A stretch of 63,211 bases of DNA, filler included, from Diploschistes diacapsis (Eukaryota): NCBI GenBank assembly GCA_023645945.1. It is 9 parts of 9 records of this genome, joined end to end, with 100 filler letters (N's around TTAATTAATTAA, not from the genome) between each part and the next. Parts side by side here need not be neighbours in the genome. Positions count along the whole stretch, not along the records: positions 61,226 to 63,211 come from JALAIB010002455.1; 8 more parts are not named here. One strand, written 5' to 3'. This document shows positions 62,575 to 63,211 of this stretch, piece after piece (within the stretch, counting starts at the first letter, position 1; every line of letters begins with the position of its first letter). The translations under genes were made by a program, and so were the position numbers. The notes beneath the pieces are model-generated. The model was not told the DNA's origin and searched no databases. It worked only from the letters and a program-made list of their open reading frames with translations.

Positions 62575-63029
62575 TGTTACGATCCAAGGTACTGGTCGAT
62601 AGTACTTAGCATGCAACAGCTAGTCGGGTATTTCCCAATCATTCCTTATATATAGTCTAATTAGGGTGACACGGGTCACGTGATGAATAAAAGATCTGGA
62701 AGATTATTTTATTTAATCGTGGGTAGAAAGGGAGAGCGGTAATTCTGTTTATTTATTTATTTATTCTATTAAAGGAGTTGTTGATTATATAAGAACGTCG
62801 TTATAATTTTTATAAATTTAGAGCGTGTTTATTTTATAAATATCTTAAGTTATTATTCGGGATTAATTTATATTCGTTATTTTTATTATTAGAGAATCTT
62901 TTTTTAGAGATAGTCTAAGACCTGTGACTGCTCTACCTTCTTTTCTTGCTTGCACTCCTCTTCTAAACGAGACCAAACCTACCTTGATCAATACCTCGTG
63001 TCTACCTTATAGAGATAGAGATCATAACA
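62575..63029 (+). mobile_element. LTR family A, complete solo copy (455 bp) interrupting the Ty3 integrase
   Basis: TGTTACGATC...GATCATAACA; aligns with the reverse complement of 54073-54526. No clear target-site duplication. Confidence 0.88.
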
Positions 63030-63211
63030 TAAATCGTCGATAAAAATTAACGAATTTTAAATAATTCCGTATAATTTTGGGTTTTTTACTTGATATAGGC
63101 CGGGGTTAGTTTTTAATAACTTTAATTTTCTTAAGGTTTATCTTTACGCCTTTAGAGATAATAATTAAATCGAGATATTTAATCTCGATGGTATCGAATT
63201 CGGTCTTAAAG

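Overview
Eukaryotic DNA from a filamentous ascomycete (Pezizomycotina): genes have GT-AG introns and the repeats carry heavy RIP-type C-to-T/G-to-A mutation. The window is not one locus. It is nine contigs joined by artificial 100-nt linkers (44 N + TTAATTAATTAA + 44 N), so adjacency across linkers means nothing. Contig 1 (1-24272) holds a secreted aspartic protease, a frameshifted conserved-hypothetical pseudogene, the Ssk2/SskB-type MAPKKK and a conserved coiled-coil gene. Between the last two lies an accessory island with a Zn2Cys6 transcription factor, a small secreted effector-like protein and a derelict DUF3435-type (Starship captain) recombinase. Contig 3 (26471-50653) holds two hypothetical genes and an OSTalpha/TMEM184 protein, then a decaying polyketide cluster: SDR pseudogene, multiply frameshifted HR-PKS, intact Pth11-like membrane protein, alpha/beta hydrolase apparently lacking its catalytic His, and a PLP aminotransferase pseudogene. 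A 9 x ~54-bp array follows that may be a dead Kex2/Ste13-processed repeat-peptide precursor. The ~2-kb contigs are RIP-damaged nested transposon debris (Ty3/chromovirus pol fragments, three LTR families, hAT-like ends, a 50-bp palindromic array). One of them carries an intact, divergent phosphoserine phosphatase gene wedged between repeats.
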